Position numbers and translations under genes: made by a program. A stretch of 64,000 bases of DNA from Candidatus Binatia bacterium. GTDB taxonomy: Bacteria; Desulfobacterota; Binatia; UBA9968; CAXXLF01. Below, in pieces: positions 9,168-17,653 of the stretch (positions are counted from its first letter, which is position 1; each line of letters opens with the position of its first letter). The notes beneath the pieces were generated by a model. It made no database searches and had not been told where the DNA came from. It saw nothing but the letters and a program-made list of their open reading frames with translations. The stretch is from NCBI GenBank assembly GCA_963664015.2, contig CAXXLF010000002.1:1601008-1665007 (forward strand), written 5' to 3'.

Positions 9168-9693
9168 ATGATTTGCAGGCCCTATCCAAAGTCAGTTCGT
9201 CGGGAGGTGCCGCGTATCGAAGTTGAAGACAAGGTCGCGGGTAAGACTCTCTACGCAGCCGATCTTACCAGACCGGAGGTCCTCTGGGCTCAGGTTCTTA
9301 GGAGTCCTATCCCCCACGGCCGAATAGTCAAGGTCAACGTCACGCGGGCCAGTAACGCCCCCGGTGTCCACGCAGTCCTATCGAGCGCCGATTTGGCGCC
9401 AATCCTTTACGTACCAAGGGCAGGTGGATGGCGGCGTCATTACGGGTCTGGGCCTTGCACTGATGGAGGAAACCCCTATGGTTGACGGTCACATATCGAC
9501 CGCAAATCTGGGAGAATTCAAAATCCCCACCTCTTATGGATGTCCCCAAGTTAACCACCGTCCTGATCGAGAGTCCCACGGGGCCGCGCCCTTCAAAGAC
9601 AAGGCCATTGCCGACGCGATTGGGGTCCGTCTATTCGAACTGCCGTTAACGGCCGAAAAAATTTACTGGGCACTCAAACAAACTCAAGATTGA
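9168..9693 (+). pseudogene. remnant of a molybdopterin-binding aldehyde oxidase/xanthine dehydrogenase (CoxL-type) large subunit with a large internal deletion
   Basis: The N-terminal roughly 80 aa (VEDKVAGKTLYAADL...VLRSPIPHGRIVKVNV..A...PGVHAVLSSADL) run directly, with a frame change near 9400, into the extreme C-terminus (QGQVDGGVITGLGLALMEE...EFKIPT...PF.DKAI.DAIGVRLFELPLTAEKIYWAL). About 550 residues of a normal subunit are absent. Confidence 0.7.
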
Positions 9694-9768
9694 TCAGACT
9701 GATCCCCCTCCCCGGCGCTCCAACTTAAACGTCAAGTCGTGAAATCTTGGGCTCGACGCCGTTCTTGG

Positions 9769-10690
9769 TTAACCGGCCAGGGCCCGTGAGAGCAATATGG
9801 CACCCACAAAGAAAAATACAACCGAAAGAAAAAGCTTCATCTTCTCGCCATCCACCCGGTTGTTGATGAAAGGAGAAACCTGCCCTCACAATACGACGGC
9901 GGGAATCGTCATAAAGAGTACGTTCCAATGGACGCTCGCCTCCACGGAAGAGAAGACATAGGCATGGACCAGGGGCGCCGGTAGAACGGTTGCAAAGACG
10001 ATTAAGATCCCCGTCCCCACAGCGACCCGGACCGGCAATCGATGACGCACAATGAGGCTCGTCGTAGTCAGCTCGCCGATGCCGATTCCGGTAAAGCCAA
10101 CCAGAACCCCACCCGCTATGGACCAGAGGATACCGAAGGGACCGTGATCATAGCGATACCAGTAGCCCCGCCCTAGCGCGTCAACCCGGGTCGGTGATCC
10201 TTTGCCTGGAACTCCTTCCTCCCGATTGGATTTACCTTTCAGGAAGGTTACCAGGACGGTTGCCGAGAGCAGGAGCATCATCAAGCCTAATAAACCCAGG
10301 ATCAGGTTCGCTGGGATCCTATGAGCTAGTAATCCAACCCCCATGGCCACCGGAATTGAAACCGGCAATACCTTTTGGGCGATTTGGAGATCCACTAAAT
10401 TGCGGCGCAAATAGCCGAGCAGTGCGCTACCGAAGCCAAATACTTCAATCGCTAGGGCGAGGAAACCCGCTTCAATTAGGTGAGATCGTGACATCGGCGA
10501 TCAAAGGAAATAGAAGGATGAAATTGGGGGAAAAGAAATCCGCGCCTTCCACGCTGGAACTGGTAGCCATCAAGCAAACGCAGAAAGCCACGGGGAACAT
10601 CCACCAAAACTCAAAGACGTAAACGGGTACAGGTCTCATCTTCTCCGAACGAAAGGAATCCAAGGTACTCCCCATCTGAAACAAAGCCAA
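9769..10690 (-). pseudogene. TauE/SafE-family sulfite/anion exporter with a frameshift and an in-frame TGA
   Basis: The N-terminal TM segment (ORF 10472..10690) is in a different frame from the body (ORF 9886..10494). After TGA 9886-9888 the same frame continues GQVSPFINNRVDGEKMKLFLSVVFFFVGAILLSRALAG to TAA 9769-9771, which is a typical last TM helix. Confidence 0.6.
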
Positions 10691-10785
10691 GAACGCCCTC
10701 CCTCGATCCCAAAGGGTCTTTAAAACAGTCGCTTAAGACTTAAGGATTGCAATGCCCCACGCCGCCCTATAACTTTTGAAGAGCC

Positions 10786-11508
10786 ATGTGGCAACCTGTC
10801 GAACCTAATAAGGCATCAACGGTGGTCCTGCTGCGCCCGCAGGATCATGGAAAATTTGAGGTCCTTATGACGCGGCGCCCTGCGAAGATGAAGTTCCTTG
10901 GGGGATACTACGTCTTCCCGGGCGGCAGCCTTCGTAAGCGTGATCACTCGGAGGCCATGTTCGACCGTTGCCGAGGCGTTTCCCCCCAACAGGCCCGGGA
11001 TATCCTCGGAAACCAACTCAGTCCGGAGATTTCACTTGCCCATTGGGTAGCTGCTATTCGCGAGCTGTTTGAAGAAGCGGGGATCCTTCTCGCCGTCACG
11101 GAGACAGGGGAGCTACTGGACCTGAGCCAGGGGGATGAGAAAGAGCGTTTGGACCAGAAACGCCGGGCCCTGGTGAAAGGGGAGTTGGACTTCCCGTCGT
11201 TGCTAGAGTCCGAGGGACTGTACTGTGACGCTGGAAAGGCAGTCTTTTTCTATCACCGCGTTACGCCCGAAATCTACTCCATGCGATTCGACACCCGCTT
11301 TTACCTCGCCCAGCTCCCCTCAGGTCAAACGCCTCTATCTTCTTCCGAAGAAGTAGACGATAGCGTCTGGATCACACCTGAGCAGGCGCTCGAGTCCTGT
11401 AACCGGGGTGAGTTTCCCCTCATCCCTCCTACAACCACCTCGCTTGAGATCCTTGACAAATTCGATTCCTGGAAAGAACTCCGCTCCGAATACCGGTTAC
11501 TTGAGTAG
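10786..11508 (+). CDS. NUDIX-domain hydrolase
   Basis: 240 aa with a GG.YVFPGG...x...AAIRELFEEAGI Nudix-box-like signature. Confidence 0.65.
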   Translation: MWQPVEPNKASTVVLLRPQDHGKFEVLMTRRPAKMKFLGGYYVFPGGSLRKRDHSEAMFDRCRGVSPQQARDILGNQLSPEISLAHWVAAIRELFEEAGILLAVTETGELLDLSQGDEKERLDQKRRALVKGELDFPSLLESEGLYCDAGKAVFFYHRVTPEIYSMRFDTRFYLAQLPSGQTPLSSSEEVDDSVWITPEQALESCNRGEFPLIPPTTTSLEILDKFDSWKELRSEYRLLE

Positions 11509-11546
11509 CCTACAGACATCTCCCATGGAGGCCCAATTAGCGAACA

Positions 11547-12422
11547 ATGAATCCATTGTCGGAAATCCCCTTACGAAGAGCAACCGAACGCGAGGTCGCC
11601 GAGGAATGGGAACTGGTCCTCATCGCCGAGGGATTTTCACCCAAGGTTTGGCCCGACGGGGAGGGTTTTGTCGTTGGTGTGCCCAGTGACCAGGTCGAAC
11701 GAGCCCAAGGGTCGCTCTCTGCCTATGAGAGGGAAAACCCGATTCAGCCTCCTCAAGAAATAGCCCCGGCAAGCATTTCTTATCCCATCACCGGGATCGT
11801 TGTTGCAGGCGCACTTTTGGTTTTCTTTTTTATCACTGGACCACCGGCACTGGACAATCCTTGGTTTGAAGGGGGGAGTTCCGACGCGGGGCAAATTCTC
11901 CACGGTGAACTATGGCGCTCAGTCACGGCTCTGACCTTGCACAGTGACATCGCCCATGTCTTGGCTAATTCGGCAGCCCTGGCTCTGTTCCTCACCGGCC
12001 TGTGCAGCTCGTTGGGGCCTGGGATCGCTGGCGCGTTGATCTTGATTGCGGGAGTAACCGGCAATCTGACAAACGCCTGGGTTCATGGCCCCTATCATCT
12101 CTCCATAGGTGCCTCCACGGCTGTCTTTGGCGCCGTGGGTCTACTGGGAGGAATCCGTGCCACGGGTTCCTATCCCGGGAGCCGGCGGCGCCATCGTTTT
12201 TGGATACCCTTGGGGGCTTCGCTGGCACTCCTGGCCATGCTCGGCACTAACGGGCCCCCTATTGACTTTTGGGGGCACTTCTTCGGTCTCCTAGCCGGAT
12301 CCCTGGTCGGAATCGCCACAGCCCCTCTCCTACCCCGTCCTCCGAGACCCATGATCCAATGGGCAGCCGGGTTCAGCTCTATTGTGGCTCTAGCCGTGTC
12401 GTGGTCTTTTGCCCTTCGGTGA
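11547..12422 (+). CDS. rhomboid-family intramembrane serine protease
   Basis: 291 aa, multi-TM, with HSDIAHVLANS (H..xN) and the GASTAVFG catalytic Ser motif. Confidence 0.85.
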   Translation: MNPLSEIPLRRATEREVAEEWELVLIAEGFSPKVWPDGEGFVVGVPSDQVERAQGSLSAYERENPIQPPQEIAPASISYPITGIVVAGALLVFFFITGPPALDNPWFEGGSSDAGQILHGELWRSVTALTLHSDIAHVLANSAALALFLTGLCSSLGPGIAGALILIAGVTGNLTNAWVHGPYHLSIGASTAVFGAVGLLGGIRATGSYPGSRRRHRFWIPLGASLALLAMLGTNGPPIDFWGHFFGLLAGSLVGIATAPLLPRPPRPMIQWAAGFSSIVALAVSWSFALR

Positions 12423-12462
12423 ACCAACCGGCGCCGGTTGATCGCGATCTCATTTCATTGCT

Positions 12463-13599
12463 ATGGTGAGCTCGCGATATGCGCCGCTGACCATCGGTTC
12501 GCAGCCCCTATGGGAAACCGCAGGGACGAATTCAATCTTACAAATGGAAACCTCCGACACTAAAAACCAGCGTACCGAGCCCATCCCGGCATCTCAGTGG
12601 GAGGACTGGCCTGACGAGAAACTTCTCGACTTGCGACTGTGCGATCTCGATCTTCACATCGAGGGAACCGACGTGGAGAAACAAATCCATCAGCTCTATA
12701 GTGAGCTGGAAGGCAAGGGACTCGGCTTTCGCCCCCACGTCTGGCTTTCCAGTGAATGGTTCAGTCCTGACGGTGTCCCCGGAATTGCCATTCCCTTTTA
12801 CATGGCCCACCCGCGGCTAACACGGCTGGAACTGAGCCAGATGTTTGAAGTCGAGGGAGGAACTTCCGATTGGTGCATGCGGATCCTACGCCACGAGACA
12901 GGACATGCCATTGAAAACGCCTACCAGTTGCGTAGACAACGTCGGCGGCAACAGCTGTTTGGAAAATCATCGGAGGACTATCCGGACTACTACACCCCAA
13001 AGCCCTACAGTAAAAGTTTCGTCCTGCATCTCGATTCATGGTATGCTCAGAGCCACCCCGACGAGGACTTTGCGGAGACCTTCGCTATTTGGCTTCATCC
13101 CGAATCCATGTGGCGGGAGCGCTATGCCAATTGGCCCGCGCTCAAGAAACTCGAGTATATGCACAGTCTCATGCAGGAGATCGCTCACCAAGAACCCCGG
13201 GTAAACTCAAAGAGGCGCGTGGAGCCCATCTCACAGCTGCACAAGACCCTGCGCCGACACTACCGGAACAAACGCGAGCACTACGGGCTGGAATACCCAC
13301 ACTTTTACGACCGTGACCTGAGGAGGCTGTTCTCAGCCGCCCCCGAGTACCGCGGCAACATAACAGCGGCTTCCTTTTTAGGACGAATTCGCCGGGAGGT
13401 CAGGCGTAAGGTAGCCAACTGGACCGGTGAATACCAGTACACCATTGATCAGGTCCTCCACGACATGATCGACCGCTCGCGGGAGCTCGAACTTCGCCTG
13501 ACAGGCACCGAGGAACAGACGAAACTGGACTTTATGGTGCTCCTGACGATACAGACCATGAACTACCTCCACAGCGGGAGGCATCGAATGGCGCTATGA
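12463..13599 (+). CDS. putative zinc metallopeptidase-like protein (HExxH)
   Basis: 378 aa with LRHETGHAIEN (HExxH). Its stop overlaps the next start (ATGA at 13596-13599). The start codon is uncertain; an alternative ATG lies at 12544. Confidence 0.55.
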   Translation: MVSSRYAPLTIGSQPLWETAGTNSILQMETSDTKNQRTEPIPASQWEDWPDEKLLDLRLCDLDLHIEGTDVEKQIHQLYSELEGKGLGFRPHVWLSSEWFSPDGVPGIAIPFYMAHPRLTRLELSQMFEVEGGTSDWCMRILRHETGHAIENAYQLRRQRRRQQLFGKSSEDYPDYYTPKPYSKSFVLHLDSWYAQSHPDEDFAETFAIWLHPESMWRERYANWPALKKLEYMHSLMQEIAHQEPRVNSKRRVEPISQLHKTLRRHYRNKREHYGLEYPHFYDRDLRRLFSAAPEYRGNITAASFLGRIRREVRRKVANWTGEYQYTIDQVLHDMIDRSRELELRLTGTEEQTKLDFMVLLTIQTMNYLHSGRHRMAL

Positions 13600-14621
13600 A
13601 AAAGCTCCGCGTCATGGTGTTGATGCACGAGGACCTGGTGCCTCCTGACGATGCTGCTGGAGTGGATCTGACCACGGTAGAGTGGAAGACCGAGTACAAC
13701 GTGGTGTCGACGCTGCGCCGTATTGGGCACGAGGTGCTGCCCGTTGGGGTCCGCAGCGATCTGGAAACCATTCACAAGACCGTCAACGAGTGGAAACCCC
13801 ACATCGCCTTTAATCTTCTCGAAGAGTTCGATGGGGTCGCCGTTTACGATCAAAACGTAATCGGGTATCTGGAGCTGCTGGGCCTTCCCTATACGGGTTG
13901 CAACCCCAGGGGTCTGATGCTTGCTCGAGACAAGGGTTTGTCCAAACAGATCTTGACCTACCACCGGATTCTGTGTCCCGAGTTCGCCTTTTTCCCCATG
14001 GGGCGGCAGGTCAGGAGAAACAAGCGCCTTGAGTATCCCCTCATCGTAAAGTCCGTATCCCAGGAGGCATCTCTAGGTATTTCCCAGGCCTCTATCGTTG
14101 ACGACGATGACAAACTGCGCGAGCGGGTGGCCTTCATTCATAACAGCATCGGCACCGACGCCATCGCTGAGCGCTATATCGAGGGACGGGAACTCTACGT
14201 GGGGGTGATGGGAAATATGCGGTTGCGGGTGTTTCCCGTTTGGGAGCTTATATTCGGTGAAAAACTTCCCGACGAAGTACGCCCCATCGCCACCGCACGG
14301 GTAAAATGGAACTTCAAATATCAGGAAAAATACGACATCTATTCGGGACCAGCCGAAAATCTCCCCAACGGGATAACGGAAAAGATCCAACATGTGGCCA
14401 AACGCATATACCGCGCCCTGCACTTGAGCGGGTATGCCCGGATCGATCTGCGCATGGATAAGGATGGCAGGTTCTATGTCCTGGAAGCCAATCCGAACCC
14501 TGAAGTCGCCTTTGGCGAGGATTTCGCCGAGTCAGCCCATCAAGACGGTATCCCCTATGAGGACCTACTGCAGCGGATTCTTAATCTGGGCCGCCAATGG
14601 GTCCCCGACCGGCTCGGTTAA
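13596..14621 (+). CDS. ATP-grasp enzyme, D-alanine--D-alanine-ligase-like family
   Basis: 341 aa with a Ddl-like layout: an N-terminal Rossmann-like part, DK..SK, YPLIVK, ERYIEGRELYVGV and RIDLR...G..YVLEANPNP. Confidence 0.8.
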   Translation: MKKLRVMVLMHEDLVPPDDAAGVDLTTVEWKTEYNVVSTLRRIGHEVLPVGVRSDLETIHKTVNEWKPHIAFNLLEEFDGVAVYDQNVIGYLELLGLPYTGCNPRGLMLARDKGLSKQILTYHRILCPEFAFFPMGRQVRRNKRLEYPLIVKSVSQEASLGISQASIVDDDDKLRERVAFIHNSIGTDAIAERYIEGRELYVGVMGNMRLRVFPVWELIFGEKLPDEVRPIATARVKWNFKYQEKYDIYSGPAENLPNGITEKIQHVAKRIYRALHLSGYARIDLRMDKDGRFYVLEANPNPEVAFGEDFAESAHQDGIPYEDLLQRILNLGRQWVPDRLG

Positions 14622-14676
14622 CGCTGCCCAATCTACCGGTTGCAAGCAGAGGGAAGAAAAGCTACAGATGAGGCTA

Positions 14677-14712
14677 GCCAGGCCAAATTGGCCCGGCTTT
14701 GCTTTTATTTCG
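14677..14712 (+). terminator. candidate intrinsic terminator downstream of the ATP-grasp gene
   Basis: GCCAGGCC-aaatt-GGCCCGGC forms an 8-bp stem with one mismatch, followed by TTTGCTTTTATTT. Confidence 0.5.
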
Positions 14713-14751
14713 TATTTTGCGACTTTATATTTTACCCCGGAGGCCCGGTTC

Positions 14752-15888
14752 ATGCTTGTTAAGATGGCTCAAGGAGCCACCCCCGAACAGATAGTAGCCG
14801 TGGAGAAGAAACTCCACGAATGGGGCTATAAAACCGGCAAGATGGAGGGTGAGGAGATCACCTTGATCGGGGCCTATGGGGATATCACCCAACTTCCGCA
14901 AGGGGAACTTCGGGAGATGGGCGGCGTTGAAAGGCTGATTCCGATCTCACGCTCCTACAAGCGGGCCGCCCAGAAGGGTTCCCCGGGAAATCCCATCTAC
15001 CGAACCGTCACCATCGGAAACCTAGACGTCGGTGGCGATGACCTGACCGTAGTGGCCGGCCCATGCTCCGTGGAAAGCGAATCCCAGGTGATGGAAGCGG
15101 CCCGTATCGTTAAAGAGTCCGGGGCCCAGGCCCTTAGAGGTGGAGTTGTCAAATACCGTTCGAGCCCTTACAGCGGATGGGAAGGGATTGGTTCGACCTC
15201 AGGGGAAGCGTTACGCAACGGTTTGAAACTCATCGCACAAGCGGGCAGGGAATTTGGCCTCCCGACGGTAGTTGAGGTACTCGACCCAGCCGACGTCTCG
15301 ATCTACGAAGATATGGGAATCGATTGCATCCAGGTCGGTGAACCCAACTCGAAGAACCAGGCGCTGCTTAACCGGCTGCGCGAGACGCCCCTCCCGGTAA
15401 TCCACAAACGAGGCAACTCACTGGATATCGAGGCTTATCTGCTCTGGGTGGAGCGAATCATGGCTACGGGCAAAGAGAATGTCATTCTCTGTGAACGCGG
15501 CGTCTTCAGCGCTAACAAATACACCCGCAACACACTGGACCTTGGCGGCATCGCCGCCCTACGCCACCAGCTTTCGTGCCTCCCCGTCGGAGTGGACGCC
15601 TCCCACGGTACCGGCATACGGGACCTGGTTCATTCCATGACCCTGGCCGGTATCATGGCGGGAGCTTCCCTTGTGCTGATCGAGGCCCATCCCAACCCGC
15701 TCATTGCTAAATCCGACGGTTTTCAGGGTCTGTTCCCCGAGCAGCTATTGCACCTGGTTAACGCCTGCAAAGAGGTTTGGAAGCTCCGCACGCGGATCGA
15801 TTCGCTTTACGTACCAAGCGCAAAACTAGAGCATGAATACGAGGCTCGGATCCCAAGCGATAAAAAACGATTCTTCGGCGCAGCGTAA
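14752..15888 (+). CDS. 3-deoxy-7-phosphoheptulonate (DAHP) synthase, type I-beta with an N-terminal ferredoxin-like regulatory domain
   Basis: GGAGG at 14740-14744 precedes ATG 14752. Motifs VVAGPCSVES, RGG..K.R.SPYS..G.G and GEPNS-like are present. The longer track ORF from 14434 overlaps the ATP-grasp gene and is not needed. Confidence 0.85.
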   Translation: MLVKMAQGATPEQIVAVEKKLHEWGYKTGKMEGEEITLIGAYGDITQLPQGELREMGGVERLIPISRSYKRAAQKGSPGNPIYRTVTIGNLDVGGDDLTVVAGPCSVESESQVMEAARIVKESGAQALRGGVVKYRSSPYSGWEGIGSTSGEALRNGLKLIAQAGREFGLPTVVEVLDPADVSIYEDMGIDCIQVGEPNSKNQALLNRLRETPLPVIHKRGNSLDIEAYLLWVERIMATGKENVILCERGVFSANKYTRNTLDLGGIAALRHQLSCLPVGVDASHGTGIRDLVHSMTLAGIMAGASLVLIEAHPNPLIAKSDGFQGLFPEQLLHLVNACKEVWKLRTRIDSLYVPSAKLEHEYEARIPSDKKRFFGAA

Positions 15889-15899
15889 ACGCCCTTCTT

Positions 15900-16166
15900 T
15901 TGAACCGGCGGCCCCGAGCCGTCCATGGAGCAGACGCTTCATTGGTATTAGCGGGGATCACCCATGCCCGGGGTGTGGACCTCTTTATTTGCGAGTGCAC
16001 CTTCTTCGATGGGGAAGACCCCAGCCATATGACCTACCAGCAGATTAGAGACAAGCTGCCGCACCTGGAGAGCAAGAAAATCGTCCTGACCCACATGGGT
16101 CGAGAGATGCTGGCTCACAGAAACGACATCCCATTGGAAACGGCCAAAGACGGCATGGTGGTGTAG
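15900..16166 (+). pseudogene. 5'-truncated remnant of an MBL-fold metallo-hydrolase (C-terminal roughly 85 aa only)
   Basis: Only ...GVDLFICECTFFDGEDPSHMTYQQI...KKIVLTHMG... is present. No HxHxDH region is found, and the fragment begins 11 nt after the DAHP synthase stop. Confidence 0.5.
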
Positions 16167-16239
16167 TTCTAAACGATCGTGCTAGCATCTTTGGCATCCC
16201 CTGTTACAGGAAACATCGGGTGGAACTCGTGGAGGCCTC

Positions 16240-17133
16240 ATGGAAATAATCAAAGCTAGTTTTCAGGACGTTAAGGGAATTCCGCCCAGCGGGCTGTGCG
16301 TCGGAGTGCATCGGGCAGGGGCCATTCATACAAATATGCTAAAAAAATACGGTGACGGCATCACGGTCTGGTCCCTCAGGCCCCACCTGGACTTTGTCGC
16401 CTTTAAAAAGGAGGGATTGGGGGAAAAGGGGATCCGGGCCACCAGCGACATGGAGTCCATAGAGGGGGAGAAGCTCATCTATGGGGTGCGCGGAGCTCCT
16501 CCGGAGATTCGCCGCAAGGCCGAGGAACGAGGGCTCCAGTTGCTCGCAGACGCCACCTGCCCCTTCGTACTGGAGCAGGAGAAGGCCGAGGTGGAGTTAC
16601 TGCAGCAGGGTTTCAACCTGGTGGTTCTTAGCAGCCGCACCCATCACGGGATCCCGCGTCTCGAGGGGATCGCACGGGATGCGGGACGAGAGGTCTTCGT
16701 CGTAGAAAAGGAAAAAGACGTGGATCAGATCCACCTCACCCGCTTCGAGCCAATCGGCGTTATCGTTCAGACAACCTTCTGGATGGAGTCCTACAAGACC
16801 ATCATGGCGCGCATCCTCGACCGCTTTTCCAACGTACGGATCAGGAATACAGCTTGTATCGACTCTTACCAGCGTCTCCCTGAGGTGGAGAAACTGGCCA
16901 AGCAGGTGGATGCCGTTGTTGTGGTGGGGTGGACCGAGGGGATGACGACACGAATGGTCGAGGTGGCAAGAGCCTTCAACCCCAGTGTCTATAAGCTGGA
17001 GAACGTGGATCATCTCCAAGCCGATTGGTTCTATGGAAAAGAAAAAGTGGGGGTAATCGGGGCCAATGAGACCCCCGACTGGATGGTGGATGAGGTCATA
17101 GAGCGGATAAAATCACTTGGCGAAATCGTTTGA
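16240..17133 (+). CDS. divergent IspH/LytB-like [4Fe-4S] protein (paralogue-like)
   Basis: 297 aa. Three Cys sit in IspH-like contexts (GLCVGV, DATCPFV, NTACIDSYQR) and QTTF is kept. However SAHG becomes VRGAP and the SSNS-type substrate loop becomes WTEGMTT. Confidence 0.65.
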   Translation: MEIIKASFQDVKGIPPSGLCVGVHRAGAIHTNMLKKYGDGITVWSLRPHLDFVAFKKEGLGEKGIRATSDMESIEGEKLIYGVRGAPPEIRRKAEERGLQLLADATCPFVLEQEKAEVELLQQGFNLVVLSSRTHHGIPRLEGIARDAGREVFVVEKEKDVDQIHLTRFEPIGVIVQTTFWMESYKTIMARILDRFSNVRIRNTACIDSYQRLPEVEKLAKQVDAVVVVGWTEGMTTRMVEVARAFNPSVYKLENVDHLQADWFYGKEKVGVIGANETPDWMVDEVIERIKSLGEIV

Positions 17134-17199
17134 AATGCTCGGTTAAATTTTGGATTACGGAATAAAGAAAAAAATGACTCGCGCGTAAGAATTCAGTCT

Positions 17200-17481
17200 A
17201 TGCCGAATATTACCTTCATGCCTTCCGGTCAAAGTTTCGAGGTTGAAATGGGAACCACCATTCTCGCTGCCGCTATTCACAACGGTCTTCACCTGCCGCA
17301 CGACTGTACCGAGGCGATTTGCGGGACCGACCGGGTCAAGGTCCTGGCCGGTGCCGAGAACCTGAGTGAAAAGAGCGACAACGAAGACCTGACACTGAGC
17401 ATGTTAAATGCCGATTCAGAGGACCGCCTTGGCTGCGTGGCGCAGATCCTTGGTGAGGTCACCGTTCAAATCCCTTCATAA
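17200..17481 (+). CDS. 2Fe-2S ferredoxin-fold protein lacking one canonical Cys ligand
   Basis: 93 aa. HDCTEAICGTDRV occupies the place of C-x4-C-x2-C, so the third Cys is Asp. The distal Cys is in RLGCVAQI. Confidence 0.5.
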   Translation: MPNITFMPSGQSFEVEMGTTILAAAIHNGLHLPHDCTEAICGTDRVKVLAGAENLSEKSDNEDLTLSMLNADSEDRLGCVAQILGEVTVQIPS

Positions 17482-17653
17482 TTTGCCACTGGATTCGGGT
17501 CTTCCACCCCAACGAAGCCCCCCGCGCCATATCACCACTTGAGGCCTACTGTGGAATTTAGAACAGGATGCTTTTGTTACAGCCAACGACGCTTGCCCCC
17601 TCTGATTAGAGCGACACGGCAGCATAACGACGAGACTTTCAATGTTTATTTTT

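Noticed and set aside
9886-9888. TGA in the TauE gene as selenocysteine
   Set aside because: There is no redox-active context, TauE is not a selenoprotein family, I noticed no obvious SECIS-like hairpin immediately downstream, and the gene is also frameshifted.
14434-14751. 106-codon N-terminal extension of the DAHP synthase ORF
   Set aside because: It overlaps the ATP-grasp gene and the terminator and has no homology-like content. A GGAGG-ATG at 14752 gives the canonical ferredoxin-like regulatory domain start.
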